DNA from: an uncultured bacterium
GTDB taxonomy: Bacteria; Muiribacteriota; Ozemobacteria; Ozemobacterales; Ozemobacteraceae
Assembly (NCBI GenBank): GCA_946407375.1
Contig: CAMJNS010000003.1
Coordinates: 15,170-79,169 of the forward strand
DNA: 64,000 nt
Reading direction: 5' to 3'
A program made the position numbers and the translations under genes. The notes under the pieces are model-generated. The model was not told the origin of the DNA and did not search any database. It was given only the letters and a program-made list of their open reading frames with translations. Below, in pieces: positions 1 through 8,432 of this stretch; within the stretch, counting starts at the first letter, position 1, and the number at the start of each line of letters is the position of its first letter.

Positions 1-1
1 T

Positions 2-940
2 GATATTGGCGATACTATAAAAAATGGTGACATCGTTGCTGAATTAGATGATGAAGAATTTATTCTAGCTGTTGAACAAGCTGAAGCAGCCTTAGAAATA
101 GCAAAAGCCAATTATAACGAAAGCGGCGAATTGTTAGAAATTTCCAAAAGAGAATTAGAACGCGTTAAAACAATGCGTAAACAAAAAGTTGCTTCAGAAG
201 TAGAAGTTGAAAATGCCAGTGCAGATTTTAAAACTCGTTCTGCAAAGCATATGGTTAATAAATCTTCTTTAAGACAAGCAGAAGCTTCTTTAGCTCAAGC
301 AAAGCTAAAATTAGCTTATACGAAAGTTGATGCTTCCTGGAGTTACGGAACAAACGATAGATTTGTTGCAGAACGTCTTCTTGATGAAGGTGCGATGATT
401 ACTGCGAACACACCAATTATTTCTGTTATAGATATTACAAATCTTACTGCGGTAATTGATGTTGTTGAAAGAGATTATTTCAAAATAAAACAGGGTATGG
501 AAGTTAAGATTTTCCCGACAGCTCTTCCGGGGAAGGAATATACCGCTAAAGTTACAAGAATTGCACCTATGCTTGATGAAGTTTCGAGACAGGCTAGAAT
601 TGAACTAAATTTAAAGAATCCTAATTTTGAATTAAAGCCAGGTATGTTTATTTCTGCCAATATCATTTATGGAACACATCAAAATACTACAATTGTTCCA
701 ATAGAAGCTTTAGTTATTCGTAAAGAAAAAGAAGGCGTGTTTATTGTTGATGAAACCAAAAAAGTTGCAAAATTTGTTCCTGTAGAATGTGGTTATAGAA
801 ATCCAAAACAAGTTGAAATATGCTATCCGGAAATAAGCGGAAGAGTAATTACACTTGGTCAGCACTTACTTGAAGATGGAATGGCAATCAGAATCCCATC
901 TGATGAAGAAAAAGCCAAAGGGAGCGAAACTAAAAAATGA
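2..940 (+). CDS. RND efflux periplasmic adaptor (membrane-fusion protein, HlyD/AcrA family), 5'-truncated by the window edge
   Basis: Frame 2 is open from base 2 (DIGDTIKNGDIVAELDDEEF...). Coiled-coil hairpin followed by beta-rich domains is typical of MFPs. The stop overlaps the start of the RND pump gene (ATGA). Confidence 0.85.
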   Translation, partial: DIGDTIKNGDIVAELDDEEFILAVEQAEAALEIAKANYNESGELLEISKRELERVKTMRKQKVASEVEVENASADFKTRSAKHMVNKSSLRQAEASLAQAKLKLAYTKVDASWSYGTNDRFVAERLLDEGAMITANTPIISVIDITNLTAVIDVVERDYFKIKQGMEVKIFPTALPGKEYTAKVTRIAPMLDEVSRQARIELNLKNPNFELKPGMFISANIIYGTHQNTTIVPIEALVIRKEKEGVFIVDETKKVAKFVPVECGYRNPKQVEICYPEISGRVITLGQHLLEDGMAIRIPSDEEKAKGSETKK

Positions 941-3900
941 AATTATCTAAACAATCTGTAAGACACCCAATTGGCGTTACAATGATAACGCTGATGGTGG
1001 TCATTTTTGGTTTCGTTTCTTTATATAAACTTCCTGTTGATTTGATGCCTGATATGACTTTCCCTATGATAAGCGTTTCTGCGACTTATGAAAATGCAAG
1101 TCCTACAGAAGTCGAAACTTTGATTACCAGACCAATAGAACAGGCTATAGCTGCTGTTTCTGGTGTTGAAGAAATAGAATCATCTTCTAGCGAAGGAAGA
1201 AGTAATGTAAGAATTTCGTTTGCCTGGGGAACAAATCTTGATGCTGCCACAAACGATGTTAGAGACCGCATTGACCGTATCATTAAAAGGTTGCCAGATG
1301 ATATAGACAGACCACAGATACGTAAATTCGACTCTAATGCAATGCCGATTATGGTGCTTGGTGCCTCAGCAGAGTTAGATCCTGTTAAATTGCTTGATTT
1401 AATAGATAATCAGGTTAAATATCGTATAGAAAAAATAGATGGTGTAGCTTCTATTGATGTTATGGGTGGTAATCAACGTGAAATTCAGGTTAATTTGGAT
1501 ATCAATAAGGCAAAAGCCTTAAAAATAAGCCCAGAACAAATTATTAGCAGAATAAGAGCTGAAAATATCAATCTTCCAGCAGGTATGATTGAATCTGGAA
1601 ACTTTGAAATCAGACTAAGAACTCCTGGAGAATTTCAAACTGTTGAGCAGATTTCAAGACTTGTTGTTGGAATGAACGGTCAGCAGGTTATCAGACTTTG
1701 TGATGTCGCAAATGTTGAAGATCATTGGGAAAAGAAAAGAAGTGTTGTTAGAATCAACGACAATGAAGGTGTTCGAATATCTGTCAGCAAGCAATCTGGT
1801 GCAAATACTGTCAACGTTGCAAAAGCTGTAAAAAAAGAAGTTGCAGCAATTAACGAAGAAATTCCTCAATTAAGATTGACTCCTATTGTCGATAGCTCAA
1901 AATACATTACCCGCTCTATTAATAATGTTAGCCAATCTGCTATCTTGGGCGGTATTCTTGCTATTGTTATTTTACAAATATTTCTTGCTAACTTAGCTAG
2001 TACAACTATTATCGCTATTGCTATTCCCGTTTCTATTATCGCAACTTTCACTTTGATGTATTACTTCGGTTTCACATTAAATATCATGTCATTAGGTGGT
2101 GTTGCTCTTGGTATTGGTATGTTAGTAGACAACTCCATTGTTGTTCTAGAAAACATTTTCAGACATAGGGAAAACGGCGTTCCTATTATAGAAGCTTCAA
2201 TTGAAGGCTCTAACGAAGTTGCAATGTCTATTCTAGCTAGTACTCTTACAACTGTTGTTATATTCCTTCCATTACTTTTTGTAGAAGGCGTAACGGGGGT
2301 AATGTTTAAGCAGCTTGCTTATATAGTTGCTTTCTCGCTATTCTGTTCAATGGCTATTTCTCTGACGATTGTTCCAATGATGACTTCTATTTTCTTAAAA
2401 AACGTTGTTTCTAAAGAAGATAAAGCTACTCATAAAGTTGGATTGTTCAAGAGAATGTCTGATGCAATGGTAGGAATCATCCTAAAAATACAATCCTGGG
2501 CACTGAATAAGGTTCTTACTTATAGAGCATCTACTTTCTTTATATTAGGTTGTTTAATTGCTTTTGCTTGTTCCTTGGTAAGTCTTATGGGAACAGAATT
2601 TATGCCCACTGCTGATGAAGGCGAAGTTAGAGTTAGCATTGAAATGGAAGAAGGCTCTAGATTAAGTTTAGTTGATGAAACTTTCAAAAAAGTTGAAGCA
2701 ATTATAAAGGAAAAAGTGCCTGAAAGAGACATTATGTTTACTAATGTTGGTGGTGGCCGAAACTCTGCAGTAAATAAAGGTGATATACGTATTCCTTTAA
2801 AAGCCTCTAATGAAAGAAAAAGAAGCAGTGCCCAGATTGCTGCCGCACTTAGAAAAGATCTTGGCGGCATTCCTGGAACCGTTATCAGAACAAGAGAAGG
2901 TCAGGGAATGTTTATGATGCGTATGGGTTCTGGCTCTGATAAAGTTCAACTTGAAATACGTGGTTATGATATTGAAACTGCCGATGCATTAGGAGCGCAG
3001 GTTGCAAAGCTTATAAAAGAAGTCCCTGGAATTACAGATGTTAAGCTTTCTCGTGAAAAGGGTGTTCCTGAACGTTCTATCATAATAGATCGTGATAAAG
3101 CAGCAGACCAGAAACTTACTATAAATGCAATTTCTACTTTCCTTGAAACTATGATGTCTGGAAGAAGTGCGGGCAATCTTAGAGATGGTTCTAACGAATA
3201 TAAGATATTAGTAAAAGCTACTGATGCTGAATATATGAAGTTAGATGAAATTCTTAATATGGTTATAACCAACTCTGCCGGCAACCCTGTTATGCTTCGA
3301 AATGTCGCTAGACTTGAAAGCAAGATGGGGCCAACTATTATTGAACGTCATAATCAGGAAAGAATTCTTACTCTTTCTGCCGATGTAGAAGGCCGCTCCC
3401 TTGGTTTTGTTATAAAAGATGTTCAAGAAAAGATTAAAGAAATTCCGTTACCAGAAAACTTTGCTATTGTTATGACTGGTGACTACGAAGATCAACAGGA
3501 AGCTTTCATGGAACTGGCCTTCAGCTTTATTCTTGCTATTTTCTTGGTTTATATGGTTATGGCGATTCAGTATGAATCGTTAAGAGACCCTTTTATCGTT
3601 ATGACAACAGTTCCGTTGTCTGTTATCGGTGTTGTTCCTATTCTTTATTTCACAGGAACTACCTTCAATGTTCAAACATTCATTGGTTGTATCATGCTGG
3701 GCGGTATTGTTGTTAACAACTCAATTCTGCTTGTTGACCATATGAATGAGTTAAGACGCAAGAATCCTGATATGGATATTATTGAAGCCGCTAAAGAGGC
3801 AGCATCTAACCGCTGTCGACCAATTCTGATGACTGCTTCAACAACCATTCTTGGTCTTGTTCCTTTGGCATTAGGTTGGGGAGAAGGCGGTGAAATGCAG

Positions 3901-4029
3901 GCTCCAATGGCAAGAGCGGTTATAAGCGGTCTTACTATCGCAACCTTTATATCACTTCTGATTATTCCGCTTATTTACATTGAATTCGACAAAGCTTTTG
4001 GAAGCGGAAAGGCGAAAACAAATAATTAA
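937..4029 (+). CDS. RND (AcrB/HAE1-type) inner-membrane efflux pump
   Basis: 1030 aa with 12-TM RND architecture and two large periplasmic loops. AcrB-like blocks include SVRHPIGVTMITLMVVIFG, GGVALGIGMLVDNSIVVLENI and DPFIVMTTVPLSVIG. Confidence 0.95.
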   Translation: MKLSKQSVRHPIGVTMITLMVVIFGFVSLYKLPVDLMPDMTFPMISVSATYENASPTEVETLITRPIEQAIAAVSGVEEIESSSSEGRSNVRISFAWGTNLDAATNDVRDRIDRIIKRLPDDIDRPQIRKFDSNAMPIMVLGASAELDPVKLLDLIDNQVKYRIEKIDGVASIDVMGGNQREIQVNLDINKAKALKISPEQIISRIRAENINLPAGMIESGNFEIRLRTPGEFQTVEQISRLVVGMNGQQVIRLCDVANVEDHWEKKRSVVRINDNEGVRISVSKQSGANTVNVAKAVKKEVAAINEEIPQLRLTPIVDSSKYITRSINNVSQSAILGGILAIVILQIFLANLASTTIIAIAIPVSIIATFTLMYYFGFTLNIMSLGGVALGIGMLVDNSIVVLENIFRHRENGVPIIEASIEGSNEVAMSILASTLTTVVIFLPLLFVEGVTGVMFKQLAYIVAFSLFCSMAISLTIVPMMTSIFLKNVVSKEDKATHKVGLFKRMSDAMVGIILKIQSWALNKVLTYRASTFFILGCLIAFACSLVSLMGTEFMPTADEGEVRVSIEMEEGSRLSLVDETFKKVEAIIKEKVPERDIMFTNVGGGRNSAVNKGDIRIPLKASNERKRSSAQIAAALRKDLGGIPGTVIRTREGQGMFMMRMGSGSDKVQLEIRGYDIETADALGAQVAKLIKEVPGITDVKLSREKGVPERSIIIDRDKAADQKLTINAISTFLETMMSGRSAGNLRDGSNEYKILVKATDAEYMKLDEILNMVITNSAGNPVMLRNVARLESKMGPTIIERHNQERILTLSADVEGRSLGFVIKDVQEKIKEIPLPENFAIVMTGDYEDQQEAFMELAFSFILAIFLVYMVMAIQYESLRDPFIVMTTVPLSVIGVVPILYFTGTTFNVQTFIGCIMLGGIVVNNSILLVDHMNELRRKNPDMDIIEAAKEAASNRCRPILMTASTTILGLVPLALGWGEGGEMQAPMARAVISGLTIATFISLLIIPLIYIEFDKAFGSGKAKTNN

Positions 4030-4054
4030 ATCTTTCGTTAGTATTGTCTAAGTT

Positions 4055-4094
4055 GCTACCCCAGTAGTTTTTTAACTCTGGGGTAGCATCTTTT
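4055..4094 (+). terminator. Hairpin terminator after the RND pump gene
   Basis: Perfect 10-bp stem gctaccccag/ctggggtagc (4055-4064 and 4078-4087) followed by atctttt. Confidence 0.55.
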
Positions 4095-4231
4095 AGAAAA
4101 GCTGTCTTCATTTGGGTAATTTAAGATCTTCCCCTAGTTTTGCTGGGGGAAGTGATACGTAGTGCCGAAAGGGGGTTTCTCAACAACTGCCAGCAACAAA
4201 AAATAAAAAAATTAAAATTTTTTAAATTCTC

Positions 4232-4415
4232 CGTGGATTTTTAGTTTTTCGTTTTGTCTATATTTATGAAAGCGAACAAAGAACTTCGAAAGCGGTTCTA
4301 TAAAGCATAAATAATAAATCTAAGAAATTAAATTCAGGAGTTAAAATGAGAAAAGTATTTTCAATGGCAGCACTAATGGTATTCATGAACGCAGCAATGG
4401 CTATGGCAGCTTCAG
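4232..4415 (+). repeat. 184-bp perfect direct repeat, copy 1 (promoter + 5'UTR + RBS + signal-peptide codons)
   Basis: Base-for-base identical to 15664-15847 at a constant offset of 11432. Identity ends at a4416 versus g15848. Confidence 0.95.
4235..4260 (+). promoter_or_regulatory. Candidate two-block promoter GGATT-N16-GTCTA (copy A)
   Basis: The GGATT and GTCTA blocks are conserved in all three paralogous upstream regions, while the 16-nt spacer differs in copy B. An A-run/T-run tract lies immediately upstream. Confidence 0.35.
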
Positions 4416-4537
4416 ATCAAGTAACAAACAATCGACAGGATACCTTAAGAAACGACAAGACTCAGGTAGAATTGATGGGCGACAAACATACTGGTTCTGA
4501 TAATATCGATCCCACAAAAGCAGGTGTTAGAGTATAA
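4346..4537 (+). CDS. Small secreted peptide, paralog A (63 aa, Sec signal peptide, ~40-aa hydrophilic mature part)
   Basis: AGGAG sits 6 nt upstream of the ATG. Signal peptide MRKVFSMAALMVFMNAAMAMA/AS. The C-terminal 23 codons differ from paralog B by 6 synonymous and 2 conservative changes. Own terminators follow. Confidence 0.7.
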   Translation: MRKVFSMAALMVFMNAAMAMAASDQVTNNRQDTLRNDKTQVELMGDKHTGSDNIDPTKAGVRV

Positions 4538-4571
4538 AAAGCATAAATAAATGATATAGCCAACAAAAGAC

Positions 4572-4594
4572 CACTCGAAAGAGTGTTTTTTTTT
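4572..4594 (+). terminator. Intrinsic terminator (cactc-gaaa-gagtg + T9)
   Basis: 5-bp stem with GAAA tetraloop followed by nine T, 35 nt after the peptide A stop. Confidence 0.6.
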
Positions 4595-4636
4595 GCTTTG
4601 TTGTTATTGTAATCTCTAAACTTAGTTAACAACCGC

Positions 4637-4662
4637 CTCTGAAGCAATTCAGAGATTTTTTT
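4637..4662 (+). terminator. Intrinsic terminator conserved between peptide genes A and B
   Basis: ctctgaa-gcaa-ttcagag followed by a T-run. The block aaccgcctctgaagcaattcagagattttttt recurs at 5884-5914. Confidence 0.7.
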
Positions 4663-4698
4663 GTTTTTAGCAAAATTATCTCATTTCTAATTTTATAT

Positions 4699-5103
4699 CT
4701 ATTTGTTCAAATATTTATTACAAAACTCTCTAGCTGTTATTATTTTTGTCTTTTCAAACTTTTTTAAAACCAATAAATCTTTGTCGCCACTCACTATGTA
4801 AAGAGCTCCAGAATCTTTTGCACAACCAAGAAATTTATTGTCATCCGGGTCTCTACATATTTTAACATTTGATTTAGCCGTGATTATTTTTAAAGACTTT
4901 ATCAATGGAAACAATATATCTTTTCTTAATTTGCCTTGTTTCATATCTATCATTTCATCAACGATTTCTTGATATTCTTCAACAATTTCTGTTGTTGCAA
5001 AAGCATCAAATTCTTTCTGCAAAACAGCTTCTAGTATTTTTCTTGGTTCTCCACCGAAAAACACAGCAGAAATAACAACATTTGTATCTAGAACTATTTT
5101 CAT
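4699..5103 (-). CDS. PIN-domain toxin (VapC-like) of a type II toxin-antitoxin pair
   Basis: 134 aa. N-terminal MKIVLDTNVVISAVFFGG with acidic residues spaced as in PIN domains. 4-bp overlap with the upstream antitoxin gene. Confidence 0.8.
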   Translation of the reverse strand: MKIVLDTNVVISAVFFGGEPRKILEAVLQKEFDAFATTEIVEEYQEIVDEMIDMKQGKLRKDILFPLIKSLKIITAKSNVKICRDPDDNKFLGCAKDSGALYIVSGDKDLLVLKKFEKTKIITAREFCNKYLNK

Positions 5104-5366
5104 TTCCTTTTCTTTTTTCTTACCGATTTGATTATGTTGTTAACATCGCTTTCTTTATAACCTACAGAATCAGCCCATTCTTTTGCTTCGTCTAATGTTT
5201 TAGAAAATTCTTCAGCGGTTGGAAGTCTCAAGACTTTCAGCATTACAACATCACCAGAAGTATAAACAGCCAGTTTGTCGCCAGCATCAATATTTAAATT
5301 TCTTCTAATAGCAATTGGTAAAGAAATTTGCCCCTTAGATGAAAGAGTTAATATTCGAGCGTCCAT
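5100..5366 (-). CDS. AbrB/SpoVT-family antitoxin
   Basis: 88 aa. SSKGQISLPIAIRRNLNIDAGDKLAVY is a looped-hinge-helix (AbrB/MazE) signature. Translationally coupled to the PIN gene. Confidence 0.8.
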   Translation of the reverse strand: MDARILTLSSKGQISLPIAIRRNLNIDAGDKLAVYTSGDVVMLKVLRLPTAEEFSKTLDEAKEWADSVGYKESDVNNIIKSVRKKKRK

Positions 5367-5384
5367 TTTTTTGTTTTTCCTTTG

Positions 5385-5399
5385 GTAAGAATTTCTTAC
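5385..5399. promoter_or_regulatory. 15-bp perfect palindrome, candidate TA operator
   Basis: gtaagaa-t-ttcttac lies just upstream of the RBS (AAGGA) of the antitoxin gene on the minus strand. Confidence 0.4.
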
Positions 5400-5523
5400 T
5401 TAATTATAACATAAAAATCTTAATTTCAAAATTCGTCATTACTAGAACCTTTTAAACAGCTACAATAACTACCAACTACAATAAAAACTTTCAAAAAAAA
5501 TGAAATTTTTTTTGAAAATTCGT

Positions 5524-5549
5524 GGATTTTATAAATTTCATTTTGTCTA
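5524..5549 (+). promoter_or_regulatory. Candidate two-block promoter GGATT-N16-GTCTA (copy B)
   Basis: Same blocks and spacing as 4235-4260 but with a different spacer sequence. The flanking cgtggatttt and ttttgtctatattta.gaaagcgaac are conserved. Confidence 0.35.
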
Positions 5550-5605
5550 TATTTACGAAAGCGAACGAAATAAAAATAAAGTAAATAAACTTAGGAGTAG
5601 AAAAA

Positions 5606-5800
5606 ATGAAAAAAGTATTATCAATGGTAGCATTAATGGTATTTATGAACACAGCAATGGTTATGGCAGCTTCAGATCTAGTATCAAACAAACGACAGGA
5701 TACCACCTTAAGAAATGAAAGAACCCAAGTAGAACTTATGGGCGATAAACATACTGGTTCTGATTATATAGATCCAACAAAAGCAGGCATAAGAGTTTGA
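5606..5800 (+). CDS. Small secreted peptide, paralog B (64 aa)
   Basis: AGGAG RBS. Signal peptide MKKVLSMVALMVFMNTAMVMA/AS. Mature part aligns end to end with paralog A (VELMGDKHTGSD.IDPTKAG.RV). Confidence 0.7.
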   Translation: MKKVLSMVALMVFMNTAMVMAASDLVSNKRQDTTLRNERTQVELMGDKHTGSDYIDPTKAGIRV

Positions 5801-5888
5801 AAAACAGTAAACAGACAGCGAGGTAAAAACAAGCAAATCTAAAGATTGAAAGAAAAATTGCGATTCACAAAATTAAGTAAACAACCGC

Positions 5889-5914
5889 CTCTGAAGCAAT
5901 TCAGAGATTTTTTT
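5889..5914 (+). terminator. Intrinsic terminator, same sequence as 4637-4662
   Basis: ctctgaa-gcaa-ttcagag followed by a T-run. Confidence 0.7.
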
Positions 5915-6118
5915 ATTTTAGCTTCTATTGGCGTAATATTTTTTGTTTATTTGTTATAAATACATTCACTACTTTGGTTATTATTACTTAATTCCAACAT
6001 AAATAATATAAAATCATAGTTAACAACTTAATAAATTATTCAAAGAAAGTTTTTCATGGTCTTAGAAAGACTTATAATAAAGTTAACTATCTTTTATATA
6101 TTTATAAGGAGAATTAAA

Positions 6119-6880
6119 ATGGTAGAGGAACTTCTATTTACAAAAATTGTTGATAAATCGACTCTTTATGAAGGAATAAGCATTCCTGTTGCTTATCAGA
6201 AATTTCTTTTAAGTAAAATGCATTTCTCCTTAGAAAAAGGTAGTCAGAAAAATATTAAAGTGGAAATGTGTGGATATATTTACGATGATGCTGTTATAAA
6301 GAATCAATTTTTTGATGAAGTGAAATTTCCAAATCACTCAGATTTAATACAGATTCGTTATGCTAAGCAAAGTTTACTTGCCCAAAAAATACGTGAAGTT
6401 TTTTCTGTAACAGAATATTTCGTTAATGAGTATTGGAAAAATCAAGCGGATAATAAATCACACCTTGTTATACCTGAAGACAGAAGAGAATACATTGCTT
6501 TATATGTATCAAAAGATAGAATTCGATTTGATTGTATTCCACGTAATTTAACAATAAATACTCAGTCAAAAACTGATTTTGGTGAGGAAGCACCTCAAAG
6601 AAGAGAAACAACGACTTTGGGGTTCAAAAGAAATGCAAACGTTATCGAAAAAGCAAAAGAACGTGCTTCAGGAATTTGTCAATTGTGTGGTAATCTAGCT
6701 CCTTTTTGTGATAAACAGGGATATCCATATTTGGAAGTACATCATGTAATATGGCTTTCACGTGGAGGTGCTGATAAATTAAGCAATGTAGTTGCTTTAT
6801 GTCCAAATTGCCATTCGAAAATGCATATCGTCGATGATGAACAAGATATAGCACTTTTACTAGAAAAAGCTAAGCTATAA
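6119..6880 (+). CDS. HNH endonuclease (McrA-like C-terminus) with an uncharacterised N-terminal domain
   Basis: C-terminal CQLCG...PYLEVHHVIWLSRGGADKLSNVVALCPNCHSKMH is a CxxC/HH/N/CxxCH HNH motif. Start moved to the ATG at 6119, which has AAGGAG 7 nt upstream. The N-terminal FTKIVDKSTLYEGISIPVAYQKF resembles the opening of B3/EcoRII-N pseudobarrels (weak). Confidence 0.8.
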   Translation: MVEELLFTKIVDKSTLYEGISIPVAYQKFLLSKMHFSLEKGSQKNIKVEMCGYIYDDAVIKNQFFDEVKFPNHSDLIQIRYAKQSLLAQKIREVFSVTEYFVNEYWKNQADNKSHLVIPEDRREYIALYVSKDRIRFDCIPRNLTINTQSKTDFGEEAPQRRETTTLGFKRNANVIEKAKERASGICQLCGNLAPFCDKQGYPYLEVHHVIWLSRGGADKLSNVVALCPNCHSKMHIVDDEQDIALLLEKAKL

Positions 6881-6976
6881 TATAATTCATACAGTAATTT
6901 GCTATAGAAACAATTGTTGATTTATAATCGTATTAATTCTAAAGTAATACATAAAATAAATAAGAGCTTCTGTAAT

Positions 6977-8431
6977 ATGAACTATGACGAACTAGTAAAT
7001 CTAAGACAAATGAATGTCGCTTGGATTTTGCTTCGAGCTGATAATGCCCCATTAATAATAAGTTTTCTACACAAAACTTTTATAGAGCCAAATAAAAGAG
7101 ATATAGCCAAAAACATATTAGAAAATTTACTTGAAGATGAGTTGTTCAAATTAAGAGATAGAAATCAGGATCTTTTTCCTAAAAAAGCGTCTGAATACAT
7201 TACAGATTGGCAAAAAAGTGGCTATTTAAGGAATTTTTATGTTGATAACGACGATGAGCCTCATTATGATATTTCCGCAAAGGCAGAAAAAGCCATTCAA
7301 TGGATAGACGATTTAATATCTAAAAAATTCGTAGGTACTGAATCGCGTTTAAGAACTATTTTCAGTTTAGTTGAACAAATAGTTATTGGATCTGATAGAA
7401 ACAAAGAAAATCGTTTAGAAAATTTGGAAAAGCAAAAACAAACTCTTGAAGCTGAAATAGAGAAATTGAAGGCTGGAAATGTATCTATTTTAAGCGATAG
7501 TGAAATTAAAGACAGATTTCAGCAGGTTATTTCTTTGTCTAATATGATGTTAAGCGATTTTAGAGAAGTTGAAGATAATTTTAGAAAACTAGACCAAGCC
7601 ACACGAGAAAAAATAGCAACCAGTGATGGTGCCAAAGGAGAAGTTCTAGAAACTCAATTCAAAGATTTTGATTACATTGAGTCAACCGATGAAGGAAAAA
7701 GCTTTAAAGCCTTTATGCAATTTATTATGTCGCAAGATAAAATAGACGATTTCGATGAAAAATTGGCTAAAATACTTGAAATGAAACAGATTAAAGAGCT
7801 CAAACCAGATAAAAAAATTGCTAAAATATATCGAAATTGGCAGAAAGCTGGAGAATCAACTCAAAAAATGGTTATAAAACTTACTCAAAGACTAAGTAGG
7901 TATGTAAGCCAAAATATATCATCCCAAAACAAAAGTATTGAGCGACTTATAAAAAGAATAGAAAACATGGCAATAAAACTTAAAACAATTGCTAATAACG
8001 ACAAAAATTACATGGATATAGATAAAGCAGGAATTGAATTATCTATGCCAATGGAATTACCTCTTTGGACTTCTTCTGAAAAGCCAAATATTGTTTCAGA
8101 CATTGAAATTGGCTTAGAAAATGACATAGATGATAGTGCCCTATATAATCAAGTCTTTGTAGATAAGCAATCCATAATAGATAATATTCGTAAAGCACTG
8201 AATTTAAATGAACAAACAACTTTAGGACAGGTTATAAATAATAATCCGTTAAATAAAGGTTTAATGGAGTTAATAAGCTATTTTAGCGTTGCAAGTGAAA
8301 TGCAAAACAACCGGCAAATTAATATAATTTGTGATGATTCAAGTAAAGAAGAAATAAAATGGTTAGATGAAAGTTTGCAAGCAATTCGAGTTGCCAAAAT
8401 TCCAAAAATAACAATAAGCTACGAGAAATAA
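6977..8431 (+). CDS. jetA: Wadjet JetA (kleisin-like subunit, DUF3375-type)
   Basis: N-terminal MNVAWILLRADNAPLIISFLHKTF matches the conserved JetA opening as I recall it. ~484 aa with a central coiled coil. First of four contiguous genes with JetABCD sizes and order. Confidence 0.8.
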   Translation: MNYDELVNLRQMNVAWILLRADNAPLIISFLHKTFIEPNKRDIAKNILENLLEDELFKLRDRNQDLFPKKASEYITDWQKSGYLRNFYVDNDDEPHYDISAKAEKAIQWIDDLISKKFVGTESRLRTIFSLVEQIVIGSDRNKENRLENLEKQKQTLEAEIEKLKAGNVSILSDSEIKDRFQQVISLSNMMLSDFREVEDNFRKLDQATREKIATSDGAKGEVLETQFKDFDYIESTDEGKSFKAFMQFIMSQDKIDDFDEKLAKILEMKQIKELKPDKKIAKIYRNWQKAGESTQKMVIKLTQRLSRYVSQNISSQNKSIERLIKRIENMAIKLKTIANNDKNYMDIDKAGIELSMPMELPLWTSSEKPNIVSDIEIGLENDIDDSALYNQVFVDKQSIIDNIRKALNLNEQTTLGQVINNNPLNKGLMELISYFSVASEMQNNRQINIICDDSSKEEIKWLDESLQAIRVAKIPKITISYEK

Positions 8432-8432
8432 A

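Noticed and set aside
5491-5718. ORFs of 71 aa (-) and 72 aa (+) overlapping the promoter and start of peptide gene B
   Set aside because: They are low-complexity translations of AT-rich promoter DNA. The conserved, RBS-preceded frame is the 64-aa peptide at 5606-5800.
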